From an uncultured delta proteobacterium (GTDB taxonomy: Bacteria > Desulfobacterota > Syntrophobacteria > Syntrophobacterales > Syntrophobacteraceae): DNA of 64,000 nt. This document shows positions 28,812 to 38,861 of this stretch, piece by piece. Positions within the stretch are counted from its first letter, which is position 1. Every line of letters begins with the position of its first letter. Below the pieces are notes generated by a model, which did not search any database, was not told where the DNA came from, and worked only from the letters and a program-made list of their open reading frames with translations. The stretch lies in assembly GCA_963808625.1 (NCBI GenBank), contig CAWEHK010000050.1, positions 32,001 through 96,000 of the forward strand, in the 5' to 3' direction. The translations under genes were made by a program, and so were the position numbers.

Positions 28812-31737
28812 TCAAGGGCCAAGGGCAACGGACCTGGAGAGGCGAAAGCCCAAGTCGTAGTCGCGGACGCCGGGCGTGCCGTAGCCGCGAAACGCCGACC
28901 GGCAGTACTGCGCATCGTGGTTCCAGCCGCCGCCGCGGAACACCCGGCGGGAGCCCCGTGGGTAATCGGTCCAGGCACGCCCGTCATCAGGCGCCCCGTT
29001 CGTAATTGTCATGCCAGTCATCTTCCGTCCACTCCCAGACATTGCCGTGCATGTCGTGGAGCCCGAAGCCATTCGCCGGAAATGAGCCCACCGGAGCGGT
29101 CTTCTTGCCACCCCACTCACTGCCGCAATCAGAGCAGTTGGCCCAGACCTTGCCGTCCTGATTGACGTCGTCTCCCCACCAGTAATTCGTCGTAGTGCCC
29201 GCGCGCGCCGCATACTCCCACTCGGCCTCGGTCGGGAGCCGAAAGGGTTTCCCCGTCACCCTGGATAGCCATTCAGCATAGGCTTTTGCATCGTCCCAGC
29301 TCACGTTGATCACAGGCCGCGAGCCGCGCCCCCAATTTTGGTCAGATGGAACCTCAAAGCCAACCGAATCCAAAACAAATACCGAGTATTCTTCGAAAGT
29401 TACCTCGTATTTGCCGATCTCAAAGGGTTGGATGGTGACGGAATGTCGCGGGCATTCACTACTTGACGAGCTTCTGGCATCTTTGGCATCACAGTCGGAC
29501 TCCCCCATCTCAAAGGCGCCCCCAGGCAATTTAACCATCGGCGGACCATCATAGAGACTGATTTTGGCAAGCATCCAAATGCGCAGCACGTTCCAGCTCA
29601 TCGCCCGGTTTTGCAGCCAGATGTGCACACTCCCAATGCCGACAACGAGCACAACCAGAGCCAGCAAAGCGCCCCAGAGCCTTTGCCGCCGCACCGCCGC
29701 ACCCATAAAGCGCCCGACGAGCCCGGCATCATCTCCTCGCGAGCAGGTCGGCTGGACCTTACGGTATTGCTTGAGCGTGGCCCGATCCGGCAGATACCTG
29801 AAAGGGGGCGCCCCTGCTTCCTGCCAGTCCGACGCCGCCCGGATCAGCCTGCGGCAGGCTCGAAGCTCTGCGGCGTGCGCCTCAATCCACCGGGAGAGGC
29901 GCTGCCAGGCGCTGAACACGGCCTCGTGCGCCACTTCGAGAGTGGGATTGTCAGCACGGTCCTTGTCCGTTACCAGGATTCTGGCCTCCACCAGCGCATC
30001 CACCAGCCGGGACCTGGCCGCGTCCTTGCGGATCGGGTCGAGGGATGCCCGCCGGCGGGTCGCAACGCCCTGATCATTGACTTCGACCAGGTCCGCGAAC
30101 AGTTCGTGCACTACCCGATCGTCGCTCTGGCCAAGCCGCTGGACCGCCCTTTCCGCCTGCGCTTGAATGGCGCCGGCAACGCCACTCTCGGCGTCATCAC
30201 CGAGCGATTCATAGTCCTGCAGGGTCATCCGCCGGGGATCTTTGCGGCGCTCATAGACCTCGTGGAGGGCAAAAGCCATCAGCGCCAAAGCTCCCGGGCC
30301 ACTGCCGGTATCCTTCAGGACCCGGTCACACAGGTCATCACCGATCTCCAGTCCGGCGGCGTGGGCCGGTCGGCGAATCATCTCGGCAAGCGCCCAGGGA
30401 CCCGGTGCAGAAAGGGAAAAGAACCCGCGTCCGCGAAAAAGCTCGGCCAAAACCGGTATCTCGAGGGCCCTGGCCAGGAACTCCACCCGCATGGTGACCA
30501 GCACCCGGACTTTATGAGTCCTGACAACCGTATCGATGAACTCAATGAACGCTGCTCGCTCAGCGTCGGGAACCAGGGTGAAGAGCTCCTCGAACTGGTC
30601 AATAACCAGCAGCAGTTCTGCGACTGGGGGACGAGCGCTCAGGAGGTTGCCCACGCAGGAAGCGAAACCGTCAGGCTTTGCTCGGAGGTCCTGGGCAAGC
30701 TCGGTCTCGCGCCGGCCGGTCGCGCCAAGCTTGGCTTTAAGAGCATAAGCCAGGGCGAGAAAGGGATCGTTGCCACGCTCACCGGGTTTGAAGGAGATGT
30801 CGACCCAGTGAGCGCTGCCCGGCAAGGCCCCGGCCCGCAGGCACGGGATGAGCCCGGCCGCCACCACCGAGGATTTGCCCGAACCGGATGCGCCGACAAC
30901 GCTGACGAAGCGGATTCCCGGGTCCCGCAGGACCTCCAGGAGTTGGTCGACTTCCTTTCCCCGTCCAAAAAAGATAGGCGCCTGCTCGGGTTTAAACGCT
31001 TCCAGGCCGGGATAGGGCGTTCCCGTCCAACGGAGGCGCTCCTCGATCTCCTGTTCCTGTGGGAGAGCCGATCTTAGTCCAGGGACAGAAGATTCTTCCA
31101 GAAACCTCGTGAGATGGTCCCGCAGGTGCTGCTCGAACTGCCGGCGGAATTCATCGGGCGCCTGGTAGTGGTTGACCCCGCCCGTCAGCGAGCCATCCTC
31201 ACCCATCAGCGTCTGGAAAAAAGACTTGACCTTTTGCCACTGAAGGAGCTTGTCTTCATACTCCGGATCGTCAAAGCTCGGAGCCGGAGTCTGTTTCCGC
31301 CGGTACAGCCAGACCGCAGGCCGCCCGGAGTTCCTTGCCGCCTGGATGGCGTCATGATACTCCCACTCGGTGCCCGAGAGATAGGCGGTGCCATCGGGCT
31401 TCGTATAGTCGGCCGGCAAGGGCGTACCGATTCGCGACCAGAAGATGACCACAACAAGGTCGCATTCGCACGGTTTGGGAAGGCCTCTCTTGATCGCCTC
31501 CTGGGGCGTGAGGCCGGCTTCCATCGCCACCTCGACGCCCGGCTGGTCCCAGGCGATGCACTCCAGGTGGACACGCTCCCGAAAAGCCCGCTCGGCGCGA
31601 ACCTGATCGATGACTTCCCGGGCAAGCATCCGCTCATGCTGAACATCTCCGGGCGAAGCCAGGAAGACTCTGAAGATGATGGGCTGAACGCGCGTCCGTT
31701 CGCCCTCGACAGCCCCATTTATCAGACCTGCAACCAT
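28812..31737 (-). CDS. NLR-like protein: DUF4062/TIR-like + nSTAND1 NTPase + TM + FGE-sulfatase (C-lectin fold) domain; +1 frameshift near 29000
   Basis: FRVFLASPGDV..ER/SGTEWEY; PYPGL..F, FFGR, GASGSGKSS, LLVIDQFEELFT, EVAHEA..W.RL..W; TM; RLPTEAEWEYAAR, GLHDMHGNVWEW; second frame RVFRGGGW...CRSA.R...LGFRL. Start uncertain. Confidence 0.88.
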
Positions 31738-31906
31738 GGTATGTTCTCTGTCAAACTGACCGTTTTGGAAGCTTACTAGTCCATGGACCTGACTACCGAA
31801 ATAACCGCAGTTCCTTGAAGTATCTGTAAATATCGGGTGGGATTTCTTCCTTGTCAAAGAAAAAACAGAGGCAGTCCCTACTTTGCCGCAGAAAGAAGAA
31901 TATTAA

Positions 31907-32037
31907 GAGACCATCTCAAGACTGGCTTACCCCGTCACCCCGGCGGAAGCCTGGGTCCAAAATACCCAGGAAGACCTGGATTCCGGCTTTCGCCGGAATG
32001 ACGATCAGCGGTATTTTGAGCATTTTGAGATAGTCTC
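31907..32037. mobile_element. MITE with 13-bp TIRs, TAA target duplication and internal REP-like doublet
   Basis: TAA|GAGACCATCTCAA ... TTGAGATAGTCTC|TAA (12/13); inside is GTCACCCCGGCGGAAGCCTGGGTCCA...TGGATTCCGGCTTTCGCCGGAATGAC. Confidence 0.7.
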
Positions 32038-32274
32038 TAAGTACTGAGTACTGAACAGCGCTCAGCAGTGAACCGCCATTACCCTGGGCGGCCGTTTCTG
32101 CGAGAAGCTCTTCCGAAGGGGCCTTCTCATGTGTGTGCGGGTTTCCCAAAGGGAAAGAAGGAACGGTGGTGAAGAAATGGAAATTCCTATACAATCAGGC
32201 TATGATTAAAACTGGCGACGCCGTGGCGTCCTCATGGCGAGAACATGAAGAACAACGGGAAGAAGGGATGCACA

Positions 32275-32385
32275 ATGGGAGACAAGGGCAAGAAGGATAA
32301 GGAAAAGGGTCAGAAACAGAACACCGAAAAGAAGCAGCAAAAGGATAAAAAGAAGTTGGATAAGCAGCCGAAAAGAACCCCTTGA
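32275..32385 (+). CDS. Small Lys-rich protein (36 aa)
   Basis: MGDKGKKDKEKGQKQNTEKKQQKDKKKLDKQPKRTP*; purine-rich AAGGGA upstream; below the ORF-track cutoff. Confidence 0.6.
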   Translation: MGDKGKKDKEKGQKQNTEKKQQKDKKKLDKQPKRTP

Positions 32386-32499
32386 GACCGAGCAAGGTGA
32401 GGCGTCCGCCACACCGGTGCGGGCAGCCTCACCTTGTCCTTTGGTCGCGTATCCAGGCGAAATTCAGTGGCAAGGAATCCTTAGCAGGGAAGCCAAATC

Positions 32500-33060
32500 T
32501 TATTCTTTCAGGTCGATGGTGAGGTTCTCCTGATCGCTTTCTTTCACCATGCTCTCGAAAAGCGCCTTTGCTTTTCTCATGTCCCGGGCCAATTCCGGGC
32601 TCGCCAGCGACCCACATCGTTCAAGCAGGTTCGAAGCCTTCGCGTAGGTCTTCCGAGGCACACGCAACTGACCCTCGGGGGCATCGGTTGCTTTGAGCGA
32701 CGGCAAGACCTCAATCACCACCGCAATTGCCTCCCAAAGGAGGTCCTGGTGAGTATTTGCCAGGCGTTTAAGCTCCGTCTTATGCGGGTCAAAAAGCTTG
32801 CCAAAGCGTTTGATCGTCGTCTTTGGAATCGAAATATCACCCACAAGACCACTCAAGAAATCCTGACCAGATGGCCCCAAGGCGCCCGCTTCCTGCCTGG
32901 TCTCCTGGGAAACCCGAGGACCGCCGGACGCCAATTTTTCCGCTGCGCAGAGGGTCTGCGCACCCACCAGGACCAATCCCATGAGGAGGGCGAAAAAGCT
33001 CTTCCATACATGTCTTGTCCGGATTATTCCAAATCTCATTATTCCCAACCTCGTTTTCAT
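32500..33060 (-). CDS. Hypothetical exported protein
   Basis: Signal-peptide-like segment (FFALLMGLVLVGAQTLCA) and helical body; GGAG upstream of ATG. Confidence 0.65.
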   Translation of the reverse strand: MKTRLGIMRFGIIRTRHVWKSFFALLMGLVLVGAQTLCAAEKLASGGPRVSQETRQEAGALGPSGQDFLSGLVGDISIPKTTIKRFGKLFDPHKTELKRLANTHQDLLWEAIAVVIEVLPSLKATDAPEGQLRVPRKTYAKASNLLERCGSLASPELARDMRKAKALFESMVKESDQENLTIDLKE

Positions 33061-33089
33061 CTCCACTCCCGACCTCGCTCCACGCCCCG

Positions 33090-33138
33090 CACTCAGCACT
33101 CAACACCCAGCACTCAGCACTCAGCACCCCGCACAGCA
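33090..33138. repeat. Heptamer tract (CAGCACT/CAGCACC)n
   Basis: About six units; same family at 61066-61104. Confidence 0.85.
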
Positions 33139-33268
33139 CCTTTTTCTATCACGTTCTTCTTTCAATCCTGCTCGAACTTTGGTATTTTTCACTCTCCGAT
33201 TCAACCACATGAGCGCGGGAAAAGCATGAGAGAAAGGGCTTTTCTTGCCCGCTTGAGGAGAAAACGCA

Positions 33269-34318
33269 TTGCCTGCTGGTATGCCTCGTAAACGCTTCCT
33301 ACTCGCCGGAATCCTCGGTCTGTCTATTTTATTCTATACCATAAAGCAAGCCGATCTAAGAAAACTGCTCGAGAACTTTCAGGATATCCACCTGCTCTGG
33401 GCCCCGGTGGTACTCCTGACCAGCGCTCTCAGTTACGTTTGTATCGGCGCCGTCTTGCATCGTCTGCTGAAGAGCATGGGCCACACCCTTCCCTTTGCGT
33501 CTTCATTCCGGATCTCCCTGGTTTCATGCACCCTGAACTATGCCATGGCGATCGGCGGGCTCAGCGGGGTTGCCGCAAAGGTCTACCTGCTGGCCAAGGA
33601 AAAAATCCCCCCCAGCAATACGCTCTCGATCTCCATGGTCCATGGCTTTCTCACCAATACCGTGGCCGTAATCTTCATCTACCTGGGCTTTTTCTTTCTT
33701 TACAGCGAATACAAACTAAGCACCCGCGAGAAGGAAGTCGGGGTCGTTATCCTGCTGATCGCCTTCCTGCTTTCATGGCTCACCATTCAAACCATCATTC
33801 ATGAATCCTTTCGCAAGAAACTCTGGCAACTCTGCCTGCGGGCGGTGCTTTTTATCAGCCGCAAGATCGGTCATCCCCACTGGGTGCACCCAGAAAAGGC
33901 CGAGGCCTTCTTTGAGAATTTCAATGAAAGCTTGAATATTATCATGAGGAATTCCTCGATCCTCCTGAAGCCGGCCATGTATGCTCTGCTCGACTGGGCG
34001 CTGATGTTCTTCTGCCTGAAATGTTCCTTCCTCGCCGTCCGTTACCCGGTTGACAACTGGACCCTGCTGGTCGGTTTCTCCGTGGGGATCTTCATGACGC
34101 TCTTCTCGCTCACTCCGGCGTCCATCGGGGTGATGGAAGGCTCGATGGCCGCATCCTTCTACCTGATGGGCCTGGATTACGATCGTGCCCTTTTGGCCAC
34201 GCTGATCTACCGGTTCGCCTACTTCTTCCTGCCGATCCTGATAAGCCTCTTCTTTTACAAGCAATTTTTTGTGTCAACGCCGAGGGAGATGGAATTGAAA
34301 GAGGACGGAGCAGCATGA
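33269..34318 (+). CDS. Lysylphosphatidylglycerol synthase TM / UPF0104 flippase-like protein
   Basis: About 8 TM segments; TPASIGVMEGSM and A.LATLIYR...F.LP motifs. Confidence 0.85.
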   Translation: MPAGMPRKRFLLAGILGLSILFYTIKQADLRKLLENFQDIHLLWAPVVLLTSALSYVCIGAVLHRLLKSMGHTLPFASSFRISLVSCTLNYAMAIGGLSGVAAKVYLLAKEKIPPSNTLSISMVHGFLTNTVAVIFIYLGFFFLYSEYKLSTREKEVGVVILLIAFLLSWLTIQTIIHESFRKKLWQLCLRAVLFISRKIGHPHWVHPEKAEAFFENFNESLNIIMRNSSILLKPAMYALLDWALMFFCLKCSFLAVRYPVDNWTLLVGFSVGIFMTLFSLTPASIGVMEGSMAASFYLMGLDYDRALLATLIYRFAYFFLPILISLFFYKQFFVSTPREMELKEDGAA

Positions 34319-34621
34319 ACGATACTTCAGACGCGGTCCTGGCTTGGTTGTTGAATTCACCGCGGGACTCACAATGCAGGCAAAGGCCGCAACCAGATAA
34401 AGATTCACCGCAGAGACGCATGTCCCTTCGGGACACCGAAGACACATGAAAAGCTGTACGGTGGCGACCAGACGACTCGGTTTCCAAAACCGAGTCGGTC
34501 TTTGAAGGTGGCCTGCCCACCATGACTTTTCGGAGCAGAGACGCAAGGTCGCAGAGAACACAATAACTTAGAGCGAAATCTTGACAGAATTTCAAGAAAT
34601 CGCAGGTTAGCAGTTCAAAAA

Positions 34622-35426
34622 ATGATGACTGAGCAGCCCCTGGTGTGGCTCCGGGACGAAATCCGAAGCACCCTTGCCGACTGGTGTGAGGAAAAGGAGA
34701 GCGAAAATTACTGGCGCGACCCCCTGGTGGCGGTCGCCGCGGCGAACGACCCGCAGTTCGGGGAGCTCCGCCGGGTCGTCGACCCCGACCACGCCATGCC
34801 CGGGGATATCCTGCCGGGAGCCCGGTCGGTGATCGTCTTTTTCCTTCCTTTTCAGCAATGGCTGGGCAGGGAGAACGACCGAGGCCGGGTCCTACGCGGC
34901 GCGCAGTTGGGCCGAAAGTTACATCGCTACAAACCGGCTCATCCAAACCATCAATGAGCAGCTTGGAAGAAGACTCGAAGAGGCCGGCTACCGGGCTGCG
35001 ATCACCCCGGCAACCCACAATTTCGATGAAAAGAAGCTCGTCAGCCTGTGGTCCCACAAACATCTGGCCTACATCGCAGGATTGGGAACGCTTGGGCGCA
35101 ACCACCTGCTGATCACGGCGGCCGGGTGTTGCGGACGTTTGGGGAGCCTTGCCACCACCATGCCCCTGCCTGCTACCCCGCGCCCTGCTGACGAATGGTG
35201 TTTGGAAAAGGCTGGAAGAGAGTGCTTTGCGTGCGTTGCGAAGTGTTCTTATGAAGCGCTTTTTGAAAACCGGTATGACCGCCGGAAATGCTACGAGCAG
35301 TGCCTGACTAATGACAGCTATTATGCCGATCTCCCGCTGGTTGACGTCTGCGGGAAATGCGCCTGCGAGGTGCCGTGCAGCTACGGCATTCCGACCTCTG
35401 CGACCGGAAGCTCAGAACCGTTATAA
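34622..35426 (+). CDS. Epoxyqueuosine reductase (QueG)-like Fe-S protein (frameshift near 34890)
   Basis: P.D.LPGARSVIVFFLPF; second frame PATHNFDE..L.S.WSHKH.AYIAGLG.LG; C..C...C and VCGKC...VPC clusters. Confidence 0.8.
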
Positions 35427-35553
35427 AACCCTTGTGATTCGGATGTATTTGTGGATTGACGAGGCCACCTGGCGGGTTGGAAAACCCGCCCTCCTTTTGC
35501 TGTCATTCCGATGCACACTGGAGCCGTTCGAAGAAGCCTGGGTGCATGACTGG

Positions 35554-36434
35554 TTATAGCTCGGCAAAGGCCTCTCGAAGGTGGCGCAGCCAGACCTCAA
35601 CGACTTCCGGATATTCGGCCATGCCCGAAAGAACCGCTTCGCAGGTCAATCCCTTTTCCGTCAGGATGGATTTCCAGCTGTCCGGGCCGCTCCCGGCCAT
35701 GTCATTGCGGGCATGATCTCCGGCGACTGCCATAAAGGGGATGAAGTAAACTTTACGGGCTTTCTGTTCGGTGATTTTGGGCAGGAGATCGGCCAGCGAA
35801 GGGTAGCCGTCGACGGTGCCACGAAGACATTGGGGTCCACCCTTCGAAGAGATAATTCATGGCTGCATAGATGGCGTCTGAAGGATGTTTTTCACTGCCG
35901 TGCCCCATGAAGAGCACGATGTCCTCAGGCTTTCTGGCTCGAGGGGACCTTTTTCAGCAACGCCGTGGCCACTTGCTCCATGTCCTCATGGGAAGAGAGC
36001 AAAGGCCGCGCTACGACCACGCGCTCGAGGCCGCCCGCCATCTGCGAAAACAGTTGCGCGTTCCGATGGAGATCATGAAATTCGATTCCGGGAATCACGT
36101 GCAGGGAGAGCACCGCAACGTGGGTAAAGCCTTCATCCATCAACCTGGCGAGGGCCGTTTCCGGAGAATCAAGCTGGGTCCCCTGCCGGGCAAGCTTCGC
36201 TCGGACGATTTTAGAAGTGTAGGCCCAGCGGGCTTCGATTCCCGGGAAAGCCTTCTTCACCATGGCATCAACCTGGTCGTAGGCCTTTTGAGCCTCTGAA
36301 ACCGTCGTTCCGAAGGCAACGAGGAGGATGGCTTTTTTCGGAGGCTTCCTTCCCTCCTCTGCGGCAAAGACGGTCCGCCCGGCAAAAAGACTCAGAATTG
36401 CCAGCACCATTGACAGAACCCATAATCTTTGCAT
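35554..36434 (-). CDS. cbiK: Periplasmic-type sirohydrochlorin cobaltochelatase CbiK (frameshift near 35930)
   Basis: Signal peptide; AILLVAFGTT, SLHVIPG.EF; second frame LFMGHGS..H, PFMAVAGDHARNDMAG...DSWKS; downstream of a B12 riboswitch. Confidence 0.88.
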
Positions 36435-36541
36435 GAATTCCTCCTTCTCACGATGTTTGCTCCGGTCCTCACGGCTTCAATGTCCACCACGAAACACAGC
36501 AACCGGAAACGAACGCCGGAATGAGCCGCATACCAGTTTTT

Positions 36542-36690
36542 TCGACTCCTGCCTTCCGACTTCCGACTCTGACTTCTGTCTTCCGACTCCTGTCTTCTGT
36601 CTTCCGACTTCTGTCTCCTGTCTTCTGTCTTCTGTCTCCTGTCTTCTGTCTTCTGTCTCCTGCCTTCTGTCTTCTGTCTCCTGCCTCCTC
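36542..36690. repeat. Heptamer tract (CTGTCTT/CTGTCTC/CCGACTT)n
   Basis: About 20 units in the cbiK leader. Confidence 0.92.
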
Positions 36691-36924
36691 TCCTGCCTCC
36701 TCCTCCTCAAGGGGGCACCCGGGATGGGGCCCTGGTTCCATCCCGGATGGTAAAAGGGTTAATGGAGGTGTTGAGGAGGGAACCATCCCGCCTTTGAAGG
36801 GGGATGGGTGCACCTGTTCCCAAAAAAAAATCCTCAGAGCGATAACGCCCTAAGGATTGCACCCGGATTTGCTTGGTCCTTCGAGGTCAACACGGCATTT
36901 CCACGTACCGTTCTTCCTCACCAT

Positions 36925-37088
36925 CAGGCAGGTCTTCTGGCTTCCGGATCATCCTACTCTCCGCGCCTTCCCATGACGTCTCCGACGTCTCAGTGGCTTC
37001 CGCAGATTTCGTCCCCGTTTACAGCGGCGGGACCACTCCCGAGTCTCACGGGATTCCCTCTTAAGCCTTGCGGCACCTGACAGTTATC
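36925..37088 (-). ncRNA. Cobalamin riboswitch
   Basis: AGGTGCC...AAGAGGGAATCCCGTGAGACTCGGGAGTGGTCCCGCCGCTGTAA...GCCACTG...TGGGAAGGCG...AAGCCAGAAGACCTGCC (B12 box). Confidence 0.95.
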
Positions 37089-37218
37089 AAAATTATGTGA
37101 CGGATACTCTCTATCAACGATGATACGTTGTTGTCAATGGGTTTTTTCGGGAACCTCTGCCCATTTGCGAACCATGGCTACTCGCCCGCAAAATCCAGGG
37201 CGTGGAAGCGCCCACTTG

Positions 37219-37986
37219 CTATCCGACACCTCCGGCATCCCCGCCGCATCGTGGACATCCCTGCAACCGCAGAGGCTTTTCGAGGTGGCCGGAGTCGAGA
37301 AGTGCCTCATCCTGCAGAATGTCCCACGTGGGGCCATCAGCCAGCACCTGCCCTTCCTTGAGAACGATGGTGCGGGTGCACAGATCGAGGACCATATCCA
37401 GGTCGTGAGTCGCGATAATGATCGTGTGGGTGAAGGTCTTGAGCAGGTGGATGAGTTGGCGACGGGCCTTCGGATCAAGGCTGGAGGTCGGCTCATCCAT
37501 AACCAGAATGCTCGGGGACATGGAGAGAACCGAAGCGATGGCGACGGAGCGCTTCTCCCCTCCCGAAAGCCGGTATGGGGGGCGGTCTTTCAAATGGGTC
37601 GCACCGACGATGGAAAGGGCGTCCTTGACCCGCTCCTCCACATCTTCCGGGGGAAGGCCCAGGTTCAGAGGACCAAACGCCACGTCGTCATGGACCACCG
37701 GCATGAAGAGTTGATCGTCGGGGTCCTGGAAGACCATCCCGACGGTCCGCCGCACATGCGGTAACGTCTTCCTGGTCAGAGGAAAATCGCCAATGCGCAC
37801 CATCCCTGCCTGGGGGATGAGGCACCCGTTAAGATGGAGCAGGAGTGTGGATTTTCCCGCGCCGTTCGCCCCAACCATGGCGACGGTTTCCCCATGAGTG
37901 AGAAGAAAGGAAACGCCGCGCAGGGCTGGGGTGCCATCGGGGTAGGTGTACTGAAGATCTTTGACTTCGATGATGTGATGACTCAT
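37219..37986 (-). CDS. cbiO: ECF Ni/Co transporter ATPase
   Basis: GANGAGKST, VFQDPDDQLF, LSGGEK, DEPT; ATGA overlap with cbiQ. Confidence 0.92.
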   Translation of the reverse strand: MSHHIIEVKDLQYTYPDGTPALRGVSFLLTHGETVAMVGANGAGKSTLLLHLNGCLIPQAGMVRIGDFPLTRKTLPHVRRTVGMVFQDPDDQLFMPVVHDDVAFGPLNLGLPPEDVEERVKDALSIVGATHLKDRPPYRLSGGEKRSVAIASVLSMSPSILVMDEPTSSLDPKARRQLIHLLKTFTHTIIIATHDLDMVLDLCTRTIVLKEGQVLADGPTWDILQDEALLDSGHLEKPLRLQGCPRCGGDAGGVG

Positions 37987-38795
37987 CTCAAGAACCCCGT
38001 AACCATGCTGCCCATCCACTGCGGAATCGGATAGATGCGCATAAGAATAAAAAGGCCGCACCACCCGAGCAGAAAACCAAGGTCAGCCCTCGAGATCTTC
38101 AGCGGCCGGACGATCCGGATTTCACCGTCGAAACCGCGACAGCGCATCGCCTGGTGAATGCGTTTCGCCCGATCCAGGGTACGCAACAGCAACTGCCCGA
38201 TCATGCTGCTATACACCCTGAATCCCAGCCCACGGCTCTCAAAAGTGCGCAAAGACCGCGCTCGCGCCAACCGGGAAGCTTCCTCGGTTAACACAAAAAG
38301 ATAGCGGTAGAGAAACAGCAATTGGACGGCAAGACTCTTGGGGGCGCCCATTTTTTCCAGGGCCATGCACACCGGATTAAAACCGGTGCTGGCGATCAGA
38401 ATGAGCGCGGCGCTCACCGTCAGGAAGAAACGAACCATGATCGAGCCAAAAGAAACCCAGCCACCGGAAAGTTCCAGCGGCCCAAGCTGGACGAGAGCGG
38501 CACGGTCCAGGAACGGATTGAAGATCCCGACAAAGAAAGCGAAAGGGGCGGCCACCAGCACCTTGTGTAAGAGATAGCCGGCCGGGAGGTTTCCGAGAGC
38601 AATGAGGATGATGGGATAGATGACGAAGGGAATGAGCGCCGCTACTTCGTACTTGCCAAAAGAGAGGACGGTCGCAATGTAGAAGAGGGTGGTGAGGAGT
38701 TTGACACGAGGGTCCAGTTGATGGATGAAGGTCGTCTGATACGAGAGGGTATCAAGGTAGCTGATGTCGAAAAAAGATGATCCGATATTTGCCAT
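37983..38795 (-). CDS. cbiQ: ECF Ni/Co transporter T component
   Basis: IHQLDPRVK, FLYRYLFVL.EE, ARSLR, AMRCRGFDG. Confidence 0.92.
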   Translation of the reverse strand: MANIGSSFFDISYLDTLSYQTTFIHQLDPRVKLLTTLFYIATVLSFGKYEVAALIPFVIYPIILIALGNLPAGYLLHKVLVAAPFAFFVGIFNPFLDRAALVQLGPLELSGGWVSFGSIMVRFFLTVSAALILIASTGFNPVCMALEKMGAPKSLAVQLLFLYRYLFVLTEEASRLARARSLRTFESRGLGFRVYSSMIGQLLLRTLDRAKRIHQAMRCRGFDGEIRIVRPLKISRADLGFLLGWCGLFILMRIYPIPQWMGSMVTGFLR

Positions 38796-38861
38796 GTCAT
38801 AAGTTGGCGGCCTCGACAGCCATGGATGAGCGCATCCAAGGATCCCCGGTCCATGACCTGA

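Noticed and set aside
28987..29005. Selenocysteine readthrough or programmed frameshift at premature TGA codons (here, 35925, 48146, 53120)
   Set aside because: Homology continues in a different frame rather than through the TGA, and no slippery site was evident; indel error is simpler.
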